DNA of 64,000 nt, from assembly GCA_951406725.2 (NCBI GenBank), contig OX597822.1:110670001-110734000 (forward strand), read 5' to 3'. Below are positions 12,503-25,003 of this stretch, one piece after another. The position numbers were made by a program, and so were the translations under genes. The number at the start of each line of letters is the position of its first letter. Within the stretch, counting starts at the first letter, position 1. Below the pieces are notes generated by a model. It ran no database searches and was not told where the DNA came from. It saw nothing but the letters and a program-made list of their open reading frames with translations. This DNA is from Octopus vulgaris. Lineage: Eukaryota.

Positions 12503-13900
12503 AGCCAAGTCGGAACAGATATTTTTCACGAGGCATTCCCGTCCCTGCCTCGGCAATATCTGACCTAAAATTTTCAAATCGTCGCACTCGCGCCAAATTT
12601 ATCGGCAGCAAATAAATATAAGCCGCCGATTCCATTACGGAATTAACCAGAAAATTCATAATTAATCAATATAGGGTGGCAAAAAAAATTTTGTAGAATT
12701 CTTTTGCCACCAGCGGCCTAATGGGAAAAAACTATGGTAGATTGGCTTGATTTAATTTAATCAGGTTAGTTTACCATTAAACAGTAGACGAAACGGTGCA
12801 TCGTATAAGAAATTACAGGGTAAATGTTTTTTTAATTTTCTCCTGGTTTACGGAATTGATGTTATTTTGCGGTTGAAGCTTTTGGCTGTTATTTCTAGTG
12901 GGTGAATGGCCTATTATGGCCGTTCCTTGATTGTGATGTTGAACTTAAAAATGGTTTATGACTATTTAATTTTTTCCCACTAGGCCGCTGGTGGCAAAAG
13001 AATTCTACAAAATTTTTTTTGCCACCCTATATTGATTAATTATATATACATACATATATACGGCGGGCTTCTTTCAGTTTCCGTCTACCAAATTCACTCA
13101 CAAGGCTTTGGTCGACCCGAGCCTATAGTAGAAGACATTTTCCCAAGGTGCCACGCAGTGGGACTGAACCCGGAACCATGTGGTTGGTAAGCAAGCTACT
13201 TACCACACCACCACTCCTAAGCCTAAGAAAATATTTTCACAAATATGGAAATATAAACTAACAAAGTGAAAAAAAAAAGAATAATGGTAAACGTAACATT
13301 GAAACGTAATCATCGGCTTCGGAAGAATAAGCATTGATGCATATTTCAATACATTAGTATGCAAACACATAACATATGCGCGCGCACACACACACATAGC
13401 TATAAAATTTGGAGGTATGAAGGGTGAATATTTATTTAGTTAACAACGTATCTTCCATTGGATTACAGCCGTTTCGCAAACATCTTCATTATATTAATAT
13501 TAATTTCCGTATGGATGAAATTACGGGTATATGTTTGTATCAATATTTATGCTCAGCACTATGCGATACAATTGTATATCCACAAATTAATGCAAAGAAA
13601 TAAAGCTAAAACCGGAATATCATAATTACAACAACTATTCATGGACAAAATGAGATTGATTTCGTTAGTAAAAATAGAGATATATTGCTTTGCTTCATAA
13701 TAATTAAGCTAAAGTGATAGATAGAATTAGAAGAATTACTCCATCCTTGATAGTAAATCTTAATTCACAATTATATATATATATATATATACACATACAT
13801 ATATGATACAATGGAAACAGCTCTATAATAAAATGATTATGAATAGTAGTTTCTTAAAGTATGTGTTACAAAGCAAAACAAAACAAAATACAGTAAAATT

Positions 13901-14015
13901 CAGAGATAGGCGTATCGAAATCGCCCCAGAAATGGCCGCAAGAGTGACAGAGGCGAAATACGTATCTGTCGCTCTTGTTATCACTGCCGGGGCGATTTCG
14001 TTTCGCCTAGCTCTG
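13901..14015. repeat. 115-bp GC-rich imperfect palindrome (MITE-like or structured RNA)
   Basis: CAGAGATAGGCG / CGCCTAGCTCTG, CGAAATCGCCCC / GGGGCGATTTCG, CAAGAGTGACAGA / TCTGTCGCTCTTG. Confidence 0.7.
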
Positions 14016-14234
14016 ACGTATATTGCATTTTTTGTAACATAAGTTTCTAAAGCGATTCTGCCCGAACGGAAACCTGTAGCTTCCTGTGTTTAAACAACCC
14101 ATATAAATTAAGTACGTACTATCAGGTATTATTGGCAATTGTTTTTTTTTTATTATAGGACTGCTTTTATTGGACAGTTCGAATTTTTCCTGACATGGCA
14201 AACCAGTGGATAATTTATACACTCTCTGCATATA

Positions 14235-14465
14235 TATTTCTTTACTACCCACAAGGGTTTAAACACAGAGAGGACGAACAAGGACAGACAAACGGATTAA
14301 GTCGATTACATCGACCCCCAGTGCCTAACTGGTACCTTATTTATCGACCTTGAAATGATGAAAGGCAAAGTCGACCTCGGCGGTATTGAACTCAGAATGT
14401 AACGGCAGACGAAATACTGCTAAGCATTTCGCCCGGCGTGCTAACGTTTCTGCCAGCTCGCCGCA
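14235..14465 (-). mobile_element. SINE family A, full length
   Basis: Reverse-complement match to 5454-5683; CTCTGCATATAT repeated on both sides. Confidence 0.9.
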
Positions 14466-15261
14466 TTATATATTCTCTGCATATATATACTCTCTGCATA
14501 TATATTAGGTTAAATTCGATTTGGTTTCGGAAATGATACATGTGTGCAACATTGATAATCTGCCACTACACCGATATATGTATCAGCCGCTCCCACGATC
14601 ACTTCTGGAGCAATTTCTTTTCACCTAATTGTGAAAGATATTGTGGTTGTTAATACTATACGTTTTGAAATTGATATTTCCCTGGCGACTAAGTGTACCT
14701 TCCTATGTTTAAACAACACACATATCTTAAGCATGTTATATTAATAATGTGTGTGTGTGAGTGTGTGTGTATGTGTGTTTGTCTATGTAATATTGTTAGT
14801 ATATGTATGTGTTTGTATGTGACAAACAGTGATTCCATCGATTTAAAAGACGAGGCCGAAATATCTTCTATCTTCAAAAGAGTAACAGGCCTTAATGTCT
14901 TTGGAGGTAATATTTTTAAAACATGCACGAAGGCACTCGGGTGTCTTATCAATAAAAAAGTAAGCAGAGGTCTTAATCTCTGAGCATATATGTTAACAAA
15001 GACATAAAATTATTGTCAAACGGAAGTTGATGCAATTCCCAGTGGAAAAAGGGCTGATCTCTAACATGCATCACAGCATCTGGTTAGGAAGGGCCTACTT
15101 TACACTGCAATTGTAGCGTAATTACTCGGTTTTGAGAGCGCAATTCAATTATTCTAATGCCTATGTGATACATCTCGACATTCCGAAGACCTTAGGCAAA
15201 TTTGGTTTAGGAATAATTTCGCATAAATTGCGTGCCTTCGATATGATTTGAAAAGTGTAGG

Positions 15262-16794
15262 AATTTTTGGGTAACATTTTGGGTAACATTTTTAGAAAAC
15301 TTTTGCCGAAAATTTGACCCAAAAATTATTCGAAAATTTTCACCGAAAATTTTAACCAAAAATTTGACCCAAAAATTTTTCGAAAATTTTCACCGAAAAT
15401 TTTAACCAAAAATTTGACCCAAAAATTTTTCGAAAATTTTCACTGAAAATTTTACCCAAAAATTATTCGAAAATTTTCACCGAAAATTTTAACCAAAAGT
15501 TTGACCCAAAAATTTTTCGAAAATTTTTACCGATAATTTTACCCAAAAATTTTTCGAAAATTTTCACCGAAAATTTTACACAAAAATCGCCGATAATTTT
15601 ACCCAAAAATTCTTCGAAAATTTTAACCAAAAATTTTTCGAAAATTTTCAACAGAAAATTTTACACAAAAATCGCCGATAATTTTAACCAAAAATTTTTC
15701 GAAAATTTTAACCAAAAATTTTTCGAAAATTTTCACAGAAAATTTTACACAAAAATCGCCGATAATTTTACCCAAAAATTTTTCGAAAATTTTAACCCAA
15801 AATTTTTCGAAAATTTAACCAAAAATTGTTCGAAAATTTTACCCAAAAATTTTTCGAAAATTTTACCCAAAAATTTTTCGAAAATTTTCACCGAAAATTT
15901 TACCCAAAAATTTTTCGAAAATTTTCACGGAAAATGTTACACAAAAATTTTTCGAAAATTTTCACTGAAAATTTTACCCAAAAATTTTTCGAAAATTTTC
16001 ACCGATAATTGTTGCCGAACATTTTACCCAAAAATTTTTCGAAAATTTTCACCGAAAATTTTACCCAAAAATTTTTCGAAAATTTTTACCGATAATTTTA
16101 CCCAAAAATTTTTCGAAAACTTTAACCAAAAATTTTTCGAAAATTTTCACAGAAAATTTTACACAAAAATCGCCGATTATTTTACCCAAAAATTTTTCGA
16201 AAATTTTTACCGATAATTTTACCCCAAACTTTTTCGAAAATTTTAACCAAAAATTTTTCGAAAATTTTCACAGAAAATTTTACACAAAAATCGCCGATAA
16301 TTTTACCCAAAAATTTTTCGAAAATTTTACCCCAAAATTTTACCCAAAAATTTTTCGAAAATTTTCACCGAAAATGTTACGCAAAAATTTTTCGAAAATT
16401 TTCACTGAAAATTTTACCCAAAAATTTTTCGAAAATTTTCACCGATAATTTTTGCCGAAAATTTTACCCAAAAATTTTCACCTATAATTTTTGCCGAAAA
16501 TTTTACCCAAAAAATTTTTCGAAAATTTTCACCGAAAATTTTAACCAAAAATTTTACAGAAAAATTTTTCGAAAATTTTCACCGATAATTTTTGCCGAAC
16601 ATTTTACCCAAAAATTTTTCGACAATTTTCACCGAAAATTTTACCCAAAAAGTTTTCGAATATTTTCACCGATAATTTTTGCCGAAAATTTTACCCAAAT
16701 ATTTTTTCGACAATTTTCAGCGGTAATTTGTGCCAAACATTTTAGTTTTCGAATATTTTCACCGATAATTTTTACCGATAATTTTACCCAAAAA
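15262..16794. repeat. AT-rich minisatellite built from 12-13-bp AAAATTTT-containing subunits; common 37-bp unit AAAATTTTACCCAAAAATTTTTCGAAAATTTTCACCG
   Basis: Directly visible; the first ~30 bp are in the opposite orientation. Confidence 0.95.
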
Positions 16795-17948
16795 GCTCTG
16801 AGCCATTTGTGTTTTCTGATTTACAGGTGTTTGAACTGAGTCAAGTGTGAAATGGAGCCTGTTGAGTGTCGAGCAGTGATCCGATTTTTGTATTTGAAAG
16901 GACGCACACCACAGGAGACTTTTGATGAAATGAAAGTAAATTATAGTGATGATGCCCCATCATATGACCTTGTAAAACGCTGGCATCGTGAATTCAAACA
17001 TGGTCGGAACTCTGTGGAAACAGCTCCCAGATCTGGTCACCCCTTCTGCCATTGATGAGGCATCTGTCCGTCAAGTTGAGGCTGCCATTTTGGAAGATCG
17101 ATACATAACTATTCGCCAAATAGCCCATGAGGTTAAGATTAGTACCGGGTCTGTGGAAACTATCATTCATGACCATTTGCATATGCAAAAGGTGTCTGCC
17201 AGATGGATTCCCAGGTTGCTCACACCTTTCCAGAAGCAAGAACGCGTCGAGTGCTCGAGGATGAATTTGGAGATGTGCCAAGAAGATGAATCAAAATTTT
17301 TCAAAAGACTGATTACACAGGATGAGATCTGGGTCCATCACTATGATTCAGAGACCAAAGCCCAGTCAATGCAGTGGAAGCACCGTGACTCCTCGTCCGC
17401 TGGAAAGGTCATGCTCACAGTCTTCTGGGACCAGGACGAAGTAGTGATGACAGATTTCCTGGCAAAGGGTACCACAATTACAGGAGCCTATTATGCTTCA
17501 CTTTTGAGGTAATTATGAGAAGCTATCAAAATCAAGAGGCGGGGCAAGATCAGCAAAGGCATCCTCCTCCTGCAGGACAACGCTCTAGTCCACAACACGC
17601 GTGTCGCCAGATCAGAAGCACAGGCGTGCTGCTATGAACTCCTCCCCATCCCCCCTACGCTCCTGACCTTGCACCCTCTGATTTTCACCTCTTCCCAGCC
17701 ATGAAGTTTTTTTGAAAGGAAAGCATTTCACAGATGATGCAGCCTAGATTTCTAAAGTCACGTCGTGGTTGGAGGACCAAGCTGGGGTCTTCTACAAAAA
17801 CGGTCTCCAGCGCTGCATCAAACGATGGCAGAAATGCGTAACTCTGGGTGGTTCCTATGTAGAAAAAGACTATTAACTGTGCCAAGTTTCGTTGCTCTAC
17901 TGCTATGGGAAGTGGGTCAGGGGCATTACTTATTGAACGCCCCTCGTA
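16795..17948 (+). mobile_element. Mariner (DD34D-type) transposon, pseudogenised transposase 16852-17876, 5' TIR missing
   Basis: CRAVIRFL, WIPRLL, ITQDEIW, LLQDNA, PDLAPSDFHLF motifs; frameshifts and stops; 3' end TTATTGAACGCCCCTCG-TA. Confidence 0.93.
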
Positions 17949-18230
17949 CTTTTGATGGTTCTTTCAGACATGCCCTCAACCACTCAGTAAACCCAGTCTC
18001 ATCTGCTACGTTCACGGCACAAGATCATACAGGCAGTCAAGACCCAAGATGGTAACACAAAACTAAACAATTACCTGAAGGCAATATACTAGTGGGCTGA
18101 AGGAAACAACAAGTAGTTCAGCGCTGAAATATTTCAAATTTCAAATTTCCGTTATTAGTCCACACAGAGATTGTAGTCAGAATACATAGGACCAAAAGGT
18201 AGTGCATTCGCAGGTACACACTAATTTATT

Positions 18231-18637
18231 TACTCTTTTACTCTTTTACTTTTTCAGTCATTTGACTGCGCCCATGCTGGAGCACCGTCTTTAGTCGAGC
18301 AAATCGACCCCGGGACTTATTCTTTGTAAACCTAGTACTTATACTATCGGTCTCTTTTGCCGAACCGCTAAGTTACGGGGAGGTAAACACACCAGCATCG
18401 GTTGTCAAACGATGTTGGAGGGGGGGGACAATCACAGAGACACAAACATATACACATACATATATACATATATACGACGGGATTTTTTCAGTTTCCGTCT
18501 ACCAAATTCACTCACAAGGATTTAGTCCGTCCGAGACTCTATTAGAAGACACATTCCCAAGGTGCCACGCAGTGGGACTAAACCCGGAACCATGTAGTTG
18601 GTAAGCAAGCTACTTACCACACAGCCACTCCTGCGCC
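18231..18637 (-). mobile_element. tRNA-derived SINE family B, full length, with internal (CA/TA) tract and CR1-like 3' tail
   Basis: Head GGCGCAGGAGTGGCTGTGTGG..GGTTTAGTCCC; tail CGGTGCTCCAGCATGG..ACTGAAA..GTAAAAGAGTAAAAGAG. Confidence 0.9.
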
Positions 18638-21600
18638 TATTTGTGTACAACTAAATGGGACGACGCGCTCCGTTTTCTTTTATAAATATCTTGAATATAT
18701 TTTTCTTTAATTTGTTAATTGTTATTTAGATCAGTAAAACACATTAACGATTCAAATTTCAATTTTGTGTGGCATGGGTGTTGTGACCTTGGAGTTTGAA
18801 GTGACATCTTTTAATTGACAGAAAACTATGATTTGTATCGGACGGTTATGATAGATTTAATCAACCTACATATATTACTGGTACTATTTTCAGTGCAGAT
18901 GATGGATGGTAAAATATATTTCCATTGAAATTTAAATTTCGAAAATACTTAGTGAGGTAAATATACATTTTTGTTAAACTCATCTTTTAATCATATCTGT
19001 AAGTCAGTTATAATAACTTGCCTATCTCCCTTCATCTTCGTAAATACAACGAATTTTTGTTTCAATTCATCGTTATCTATGAGCAAGGGGCATCCAACTT
19101 TGCTGAATAAAGCAAACGGTAACAGTTGTATTAAATGATAGAAGAAATCACAAGTAACGAGCTCTTTGTCTACTGTTCTTTATACAATTTCATCAAAACA
19201 CTTGCAAATACAGGAGAATAAGTGTGGAAACCTTTTGATTAGATCATTTATTATTGAAGCAACAGTTTTTCTTTTATTCAAGATAAGCTGACATTTAAGG
19301 ACATAGATCAGTCGAGTTATAAATCTTCACACGACACACAAATGGCAGACAATGATTTCAGTGCCAATTAAAATGACATCCGTTGTTGTTTGTACTTATA
19401 AACAACCTATAAATCTAGTTAACAACCTTTTGTTCTCTTTCGCTAACATTTAAATGCTAAATGACTCTAACATATTTCCGAACATAATGCAATAAATGAC
19501 GCGGAGATTTGGTTTAATAAGAAGTGTTCAAAGACCAATAATAGTCGTTGTTTTGAACTTTAGTATCTAAAAAGATCAGATAATGCCAAAAAATGCATAA
19601 TGCAGATCAATGAACCAAACAAAATTCATAAGCTAGGAAGCCCAAACTTCATAGACAAGAAGACCCACACAACAACCTCCTTCAATATTTTTAACGGTCA
19701 TCGACCAACTTCAAATATTTTTGCTGTCACTCTCCCAGGGTGTTTCTTACTGTTGTTCAGTCACCGGTATTTGTCGTCTTCATATACCTGTTGCATCGCT
19801 GATATATTCATGCCTGATAATATTCTCTGGAGAGTGTTACAGTCTCAAAAATTGTGGTAAAGTGACCGATAATCCATTAATAAACTTTAATACTGATTTA
19901 ACTTTTCTGATGAATAATGCATAATTTATCTGTCTTTGTATTCAAATTAGAATTTAATCGCCCAATCTTTATATTTTAATGCTATTTATTTCTTGAATGG
20001 CTTTCTTATATGGCTTGTTACAATCTTATTTCTTGTACTAACATCTTAAAACTATAACACAGAGACAGCGGACATCTTACGCTTTCTCTGTTGAACATGT
20101 ATATACACATACATATGAAATTACAGCAATCAATATTCAATTCCAAGTATTGTACGTTAATAGATCTGCGCGTGTGTTAGTGTGTTTGTGCGAGAAAAAG
20201 AGAGAGAAAAAGTGCGAAAGAGAGAGGAAGACAGAAAAAGAGAGAGAGAAAGAGAGAGAGAGAGAGCAAGAGAGGGAGAAAGAGAGAGAGATCGAGAGAG
20301 AGTGAGTGAGAGAGAGACTAAGGTAGGCACTGCTGGGAAATGAATCTAGAGGGACACATTTTCGTAAAATGTTTAGTCAGAGATTTAGCTGTTTTGAGAT
20401 AATGGAGATAAAATGATCAAGGAAGACATGGTAAAGATAAAGTTAACGATTTAAGAGATGTTAATGGAACTCGTCACCTCTGATTATGAAATGTCAAGTA
20501 ATTCACTTCATCATACCTTACATGAGAAGAATTATTGATTGATTGATTAACGCGATCGTTAAGATAGTTGTCCACAGCTATACGTGTTCAATGTAATCCA
20601 GTTACATATCTTCTCTGCATTCCAATATGCAAGCCAATGTTTGTGACTTTATTTTTCTCATTTCCCATTTCAATCAATTTCAGCAAAATTGCCACCAGAT
20701 GGATAACGCTTTGAAAATCGTTAAGCCTACTTAATGGTAAGTTTCAGAGTGTCAGTACATTAAATCATCATACCACGATACAATTCTATTTATTCAGTTA
20801 TTTCACTGGCTAAATATCCTATAAGAAAGACATGGCGTTTGAGTACATAATATCGATCAATAATTGAGTAGGTGAAATTAGTGCCTTGACGGGTGGCATA
20901 AATCTCACGGGAATTATAGTAACCAAAATTACTCAGACTTTGAGGAAATATGATATTCTATAAGTGATGTAAATAAAGATTATCACTAATTATATTCGTA
21001 ACACTCACAATGCAAATAACTGTGAACGGATTATTTCTAGATAATTTGTTCACATTTGAGATACAATTATGAATAAGTGTAACGGTTTCCTAAATATATA
21101 AATGTTCGTATTTCATGAGAAAATATTTCGTTTTTTAAGAAAATCTGCATACGAGTTCTATATTGTTGACTTTGCAGCATTTCCCCGACACCGACTCCCG
21201 AACCTCGTGCAACGAAACCTAGAATTTTGAAGGTCACTTCGAATGCTAAGCTTCACGATCACTGAAGATCGATTCTTCTGTTGCAAACACTTAACTTAGA
21301 AATAACAGCTTTACTGAAACTGGATTTCCTGTTTAGAGACAGAAAGCAATTCAGTACAAATCAATTTAATCATCTAAAAACTGAGATAAAACGTTCAATG
21401 CTGTTCTATTTCAAGATATGGAGGTGTACAGTTTTTTATGTGAATGGAAATTCTAAGCTTAATCCCCAAAAGCCAACAAAACTGATCTTCATGACGCTGT
21501 TCATAAACGTATCCAAACTTCCCATCCCCTGTACTGCTCGACTAACCTTCTTTATATTACTGTTTAATGCTCTCTCTTCCTTGAACGTTGATAGTTTTCT

Positions 21601-22839
21601 GCCACCTTCGCAGAGGTACTACCCACCCATTCTTCTCTCTTACTTTCGTTACGCACATTGTGTGCACTCCACCAAACCTCATAATATTTTCTTTACACAG
21701 TCGTTTAATCCATGACATCTACAACATGCAGGAATTCCCCGAAACTGTCGATTTTCAGATGTCTAAGAAGAAAATTAACCATTTTGAGCATACAGGCTTC
21801 AGAGGTGAAGCTTGCAAACTACATATTTAATAGCTCCTCCCTCAAAACTAGACTAACAAATTCAAAAAGTAAGCAACAAATCTATAGTTTATGGAGTGAT
21901 ATTAATATATAAAATATTCTATTAAATTGGAAATATTTTTCTAACTTCTTTAAACCGTATTTTACTAGATGCTGCCCGGGTCTTAGTAATAAATAAACAG
22001 AAGCAAGGCATGTGAGCAGAATATGGCGGTGTGTAAGTGTTACAGCCGTCTGTAAAAATAATACTTAAATATTATTTTATATTCTACAAAAAAGAGGAAA
22101 TATCGGAAAATGTTACGCTTGGTATAATGTGCCTAGGAGATAGACAGCATTGTAACACTAGCAACGTCCTTTATTATACATCTGACATAGTGCTAAAAAC
22201 TAACAACAGTAACAACCACTAATTTATCGGTCTTAATTCCAAATCAGAAAAATTAATTGAACTCTGACTAGACGTAACTAAAAGAAATTAAAATTTCATA
22301 TTGGTATTATGCACAAAAGATCTAAGCAGTTATCTTCTTTAAAGATACAGTTATAAACAAAACTATTTAGAAATATTGAAACTATAATACATGAACTTAT
22401 GCTGAAATAATTTGGCTGACGGAGTAAATTGACAAGTCAATATAGTGACTGTTTTTAATCACAAACTACCACTCATATCCAGACATTAATAGCTCAGAAT
22501 TGAAATAGATACAGCAGTTAATCGAATTCAGATTTTGGCCGTTGCTATCTTCCATTTCTACTACATTGCTTTCGACAAATGATACACAAACAGCATTGCT
22601 ATGTATTGCATGAAAATACATTGATTAAAAATCGATATTTTCTGCACTGTGACATTAATGCAGCAGAGCTTTTATACATCAAAACATAGATTCACTTATG
22701 AAACAATAATCGCATTTGGAAACGACTAGGTTTTGGGAAACGATACACACGTTTTATTAATCACATCAAGTTTTTTTCTTTTTTTCTTTCTCTGGTTTCA
22801 GCTCAGAGCTGCGGCCATGCTGATGCACCACCGTTCATT

Positions 22840-22996
22840 GAGTACAGCAGGGATCATCACCCCCTGCCGGAGCATCGTGGAGCTTTTTTTTTTTAGGTGT
22901 TTTCGCTCAATAAACACTCACAACGCCCGGTCTGGGAATCGAAACCGCGATCCTACGACCGCGAGTCCGTTGCCCTAACCACTGGTCCATTGCGCC
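22840..22996 (-). mobile_element. SINE family C, 5' part; adjacent to a CR1-type 3' tail at 22792-22833
   Basis: Matches about 62905-63060. Confidence 0.85.
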
Positions 22997-23051
22997 AGCG
23001 ATGTTGTATGGATATTCTGTGGATGAGTATTTCTCTCTCTCTCTTTCTCTG

Positions 23052-23088
<37 letters not shown>

Positions 23089-23249
23089 CAACACACACTC
23101 ATATTTAATTCAATGTTCCGTTAAAGTTAGATGATCAAATAGTACACCATCCAGTGAGAGATAAGAACCACTTAACGTGCATAGTATAAAAGAGGACAAC
23201 ATGCTTTGTGTCTCCAGGCAATTTGAAGGTCTGAGCACATGGTATGTCT

Positions 23250-23509
23250 TGTTTCAAAATCAGGACGCCGTTACATGAGAAATCACGTGTGAAGGTTGAT
23301 GCAAAACGTAGAAGGTTGAATAAAATTTCTGGCTTTAAGGGTATCGCGAAAGGTCTGTTTGGAGGCTCAAGTTTCTTAAAGGATTTAGAAAAATCAAAAG
23401 ACCTTTGCTATAAGTGTGTGAATCTGCGAGGGGAATATGTTGAATAAAATCATAATTAACTGATCTTGATCTATTTTCTTTTATCTAGTTATGAACTTTT
23501 CAGCACCCC

Positions 23510-23515
<6 letters not shown>
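23250..23515 (+). mobile_element. Mariner 3' remnant
   Basis: C-terminus YKCVNLRGEYVE* followed by a TIR-like TGAACTTTTCAGCACCCCTTCA-TA. Left boundary approximate. Confidence 0.6.
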
Positions 23516-23545
<30 letters not shown>

Positions 23546-23549
<4 letters not shown>

Positions 23550-23844
23550 TGTTTGTTTGTTCCTTCTCAAGCCATGCCTGGCCCGTAGGGCCGGTTTCTT
23601 TGGCGTAGACTCCCCACCTGGACGGCACACCGGTCCGTCGCAGGTGAGCTGCAAGATGCAGGAGGAAAGAGTGAAAGAAAGTTGTGGCGAAAGAGTCAGC
23701 AGAAGTTTCGCTATTACCTTCTGTCGGAGCCGCGTGGGGCTTAGGTGTTTTGCTGATAAACACAGCCATCGCAGGGTTTGAGATTCGAAGCCGCGGTCCC
23801 TCGACTTTCGATTCCGCTGCTCTAACCACTAGGCCATGTGCCTC
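23546..23844 (-). mobile_element. SINE family C variant with V-domain-like segment and (AAAC)n tail
   Basis: tRNA-like head GGAGGCACATGGCCTAGTGGTTAGAGC..GCTTCGAATC; CCTGCGACGGACCGG..CCGTCCAGG segment. Confidence 0.85.
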
Positions 23845-23864
23845 CACACACACACACACATACA

Positions 23865-23932
<68 letters not shown>

Positions 23933-23933
23933 C

Positions 23934-23982
<49 letters not shown>

Positions 23983-24004
23983 CATATACATATATACATA
24001 TACA

Positions 24005-24142
24005 TATACACACACATACAGCACGCACGCGTACACACACATTCCCGCACGTCCGCACACACATTCACAAACACATACACACATATCAACCTGTGTACAC
24101 ACATATCAACCTGTGTACATATATATATATACATATATATAC

Positions 24143-24173
<31 letters not shown>

Positions 24174-24194
24174 CATACATATATATATACACAC

Positions 24195-24228
<34 letters not shown>

Positions 24229-24242
24229 ATATACATATACAT

Positions 24243-24275
<33 letters not shown>

Positions 24276-24382
24276 CATATACATATACATATACACACAC
24301 ATACAGCACGCACGCGTACACACACATTCCCGCACGTCCGCACACACATTCACAAACACATACACACATATCAACCTGTGTA
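24005..24382. repeat. Local tandem duplication (period about 286 bp) of a unique ~90-bp spacer inside a microsatellite
   Basis: CAGCACGCACGCGTACACACACATTCCCGCACGTCCGC...ATCAACCTGTGTA at about 24019 and 24304. Confidence 0.85.
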
Positions 24383-24618
24383 TGTATATTTAGAGTGGAT
24401 ATACAGTAAGAACGACATCATACAGAAGTATCGTCTTGAGACACCATTTCCTATAGACGTACATGGCTAAACAATCACAGAAGTATTAGCAATATACTTC
24501 TATAGAGACGCTTCCTCAAGAGAAGTATCGCAGTATTACGGCGTTCTTACAGCATATTGGTATTAAAGAGTACATATAGATTGTTATTCGGTAGTTATAC
24601 AGCTTCTGACGCTTATAA

Positions 24619-24661
<43 letters not shown>

Positions 24662-24707
24662 ATATATATGTGCGTGTGTGTGTGTGTGTATGTGTGTGTG
24701 TGAGTGT

Positions 24708-25003
24708 GGAAGCACAATGGCCTAGTGGTTTGGGCAGCGGACTCGCGGTCGCAGGATCGCGGTTTCGATTCCCAGACCGGGCGTTGTGTGTGTTTATTGA
24801 GCGAAAACACCTAAAAGCTCCACAAGGCTCCGGCAGGGGGTGGTGATCCCTGCTTTACTCTTTCACCACTCTTTCTCCCACTCTTTCTTCTGTTGGCCTG
24901 CTCGCTTAGCCAGCGGGGTGGCTTCATTCGAAGGCTAAAACAATGCGAACGCATTGTGACCAGCGATGTGTAACAACATCTGATGGTCTGGTCTGTCACG
25001 TGA
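24708..25003 (+). mobile_element. SINE family C variant with a third 3' module
   Basis: Head and body match 62678-63064 up to about 24890, then diverge. Confidence 0.85.

Larger units (their letters stand above)
11777..13021 (-). mobile_element. Retrozyme/Penelope-pLTR-like element: about 1.9 tandem copies of a 494-bp unit plus a 290-bp inverted copy
   Basis: Units start at 11777 and 12271; 12732-13021 is the reverse complement of about 12167-12476; one hammerhead per unit; no credible ORF; flanked by TA/CA repeats. Confidence 0.85.
11337..13223 (-). mobile_element. tRNA-derived SINE family B split by two insertions into its internal microsatellite (tail 11337-11556, head about 13040-13223)
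   Basis: The two halves join to match the intact copy at 18231-18637. Confidence 0.85.
14860..18140 (+). mobile_element. Decayed CR1-type RT fragment in two pieces (about 14860-15260 and 17949-18140), interrupted by a satellite and a mariner
   Basis: Left piece reads KLMQFPVEKGLISNMHH and NAYVIHLDIPKTLGK (cf. DVIYLDFAKAFDK) and SHKLRAF; right piece reads LSDMPS..TQ and KAIY*WAEGNNK*FSAE (cf. W...NxMxFNxxK). Confidence 0.55.

Noticed and set aside
11965-12659. Duplicated 66-aa ORF as a protein gene
   Set aside because: It arises from the tandem unit, overlaps the ribozyme core and has no recognisable domain.
11777-13021. Pure assembly artefact
   Set aside because: The copies differ by substitutions (TTAAAAAAAC vs TTACAAAAAC; CCTAGTGG vs CCTAATGG) and the geometry recurs in older diverged pairs; read-level confirmation is still advisable.
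16852-17876. Active or domesticated transposase
   Set aside because: Multiple frameshifts, stop codons and an apparent internal deletion.
21701-21804. Plus-strand exon RLIHDIYNMQEFPETVDF...
   Set aside because: Acceptor-like site but weak donor, no recognisable homology and no partner exons.
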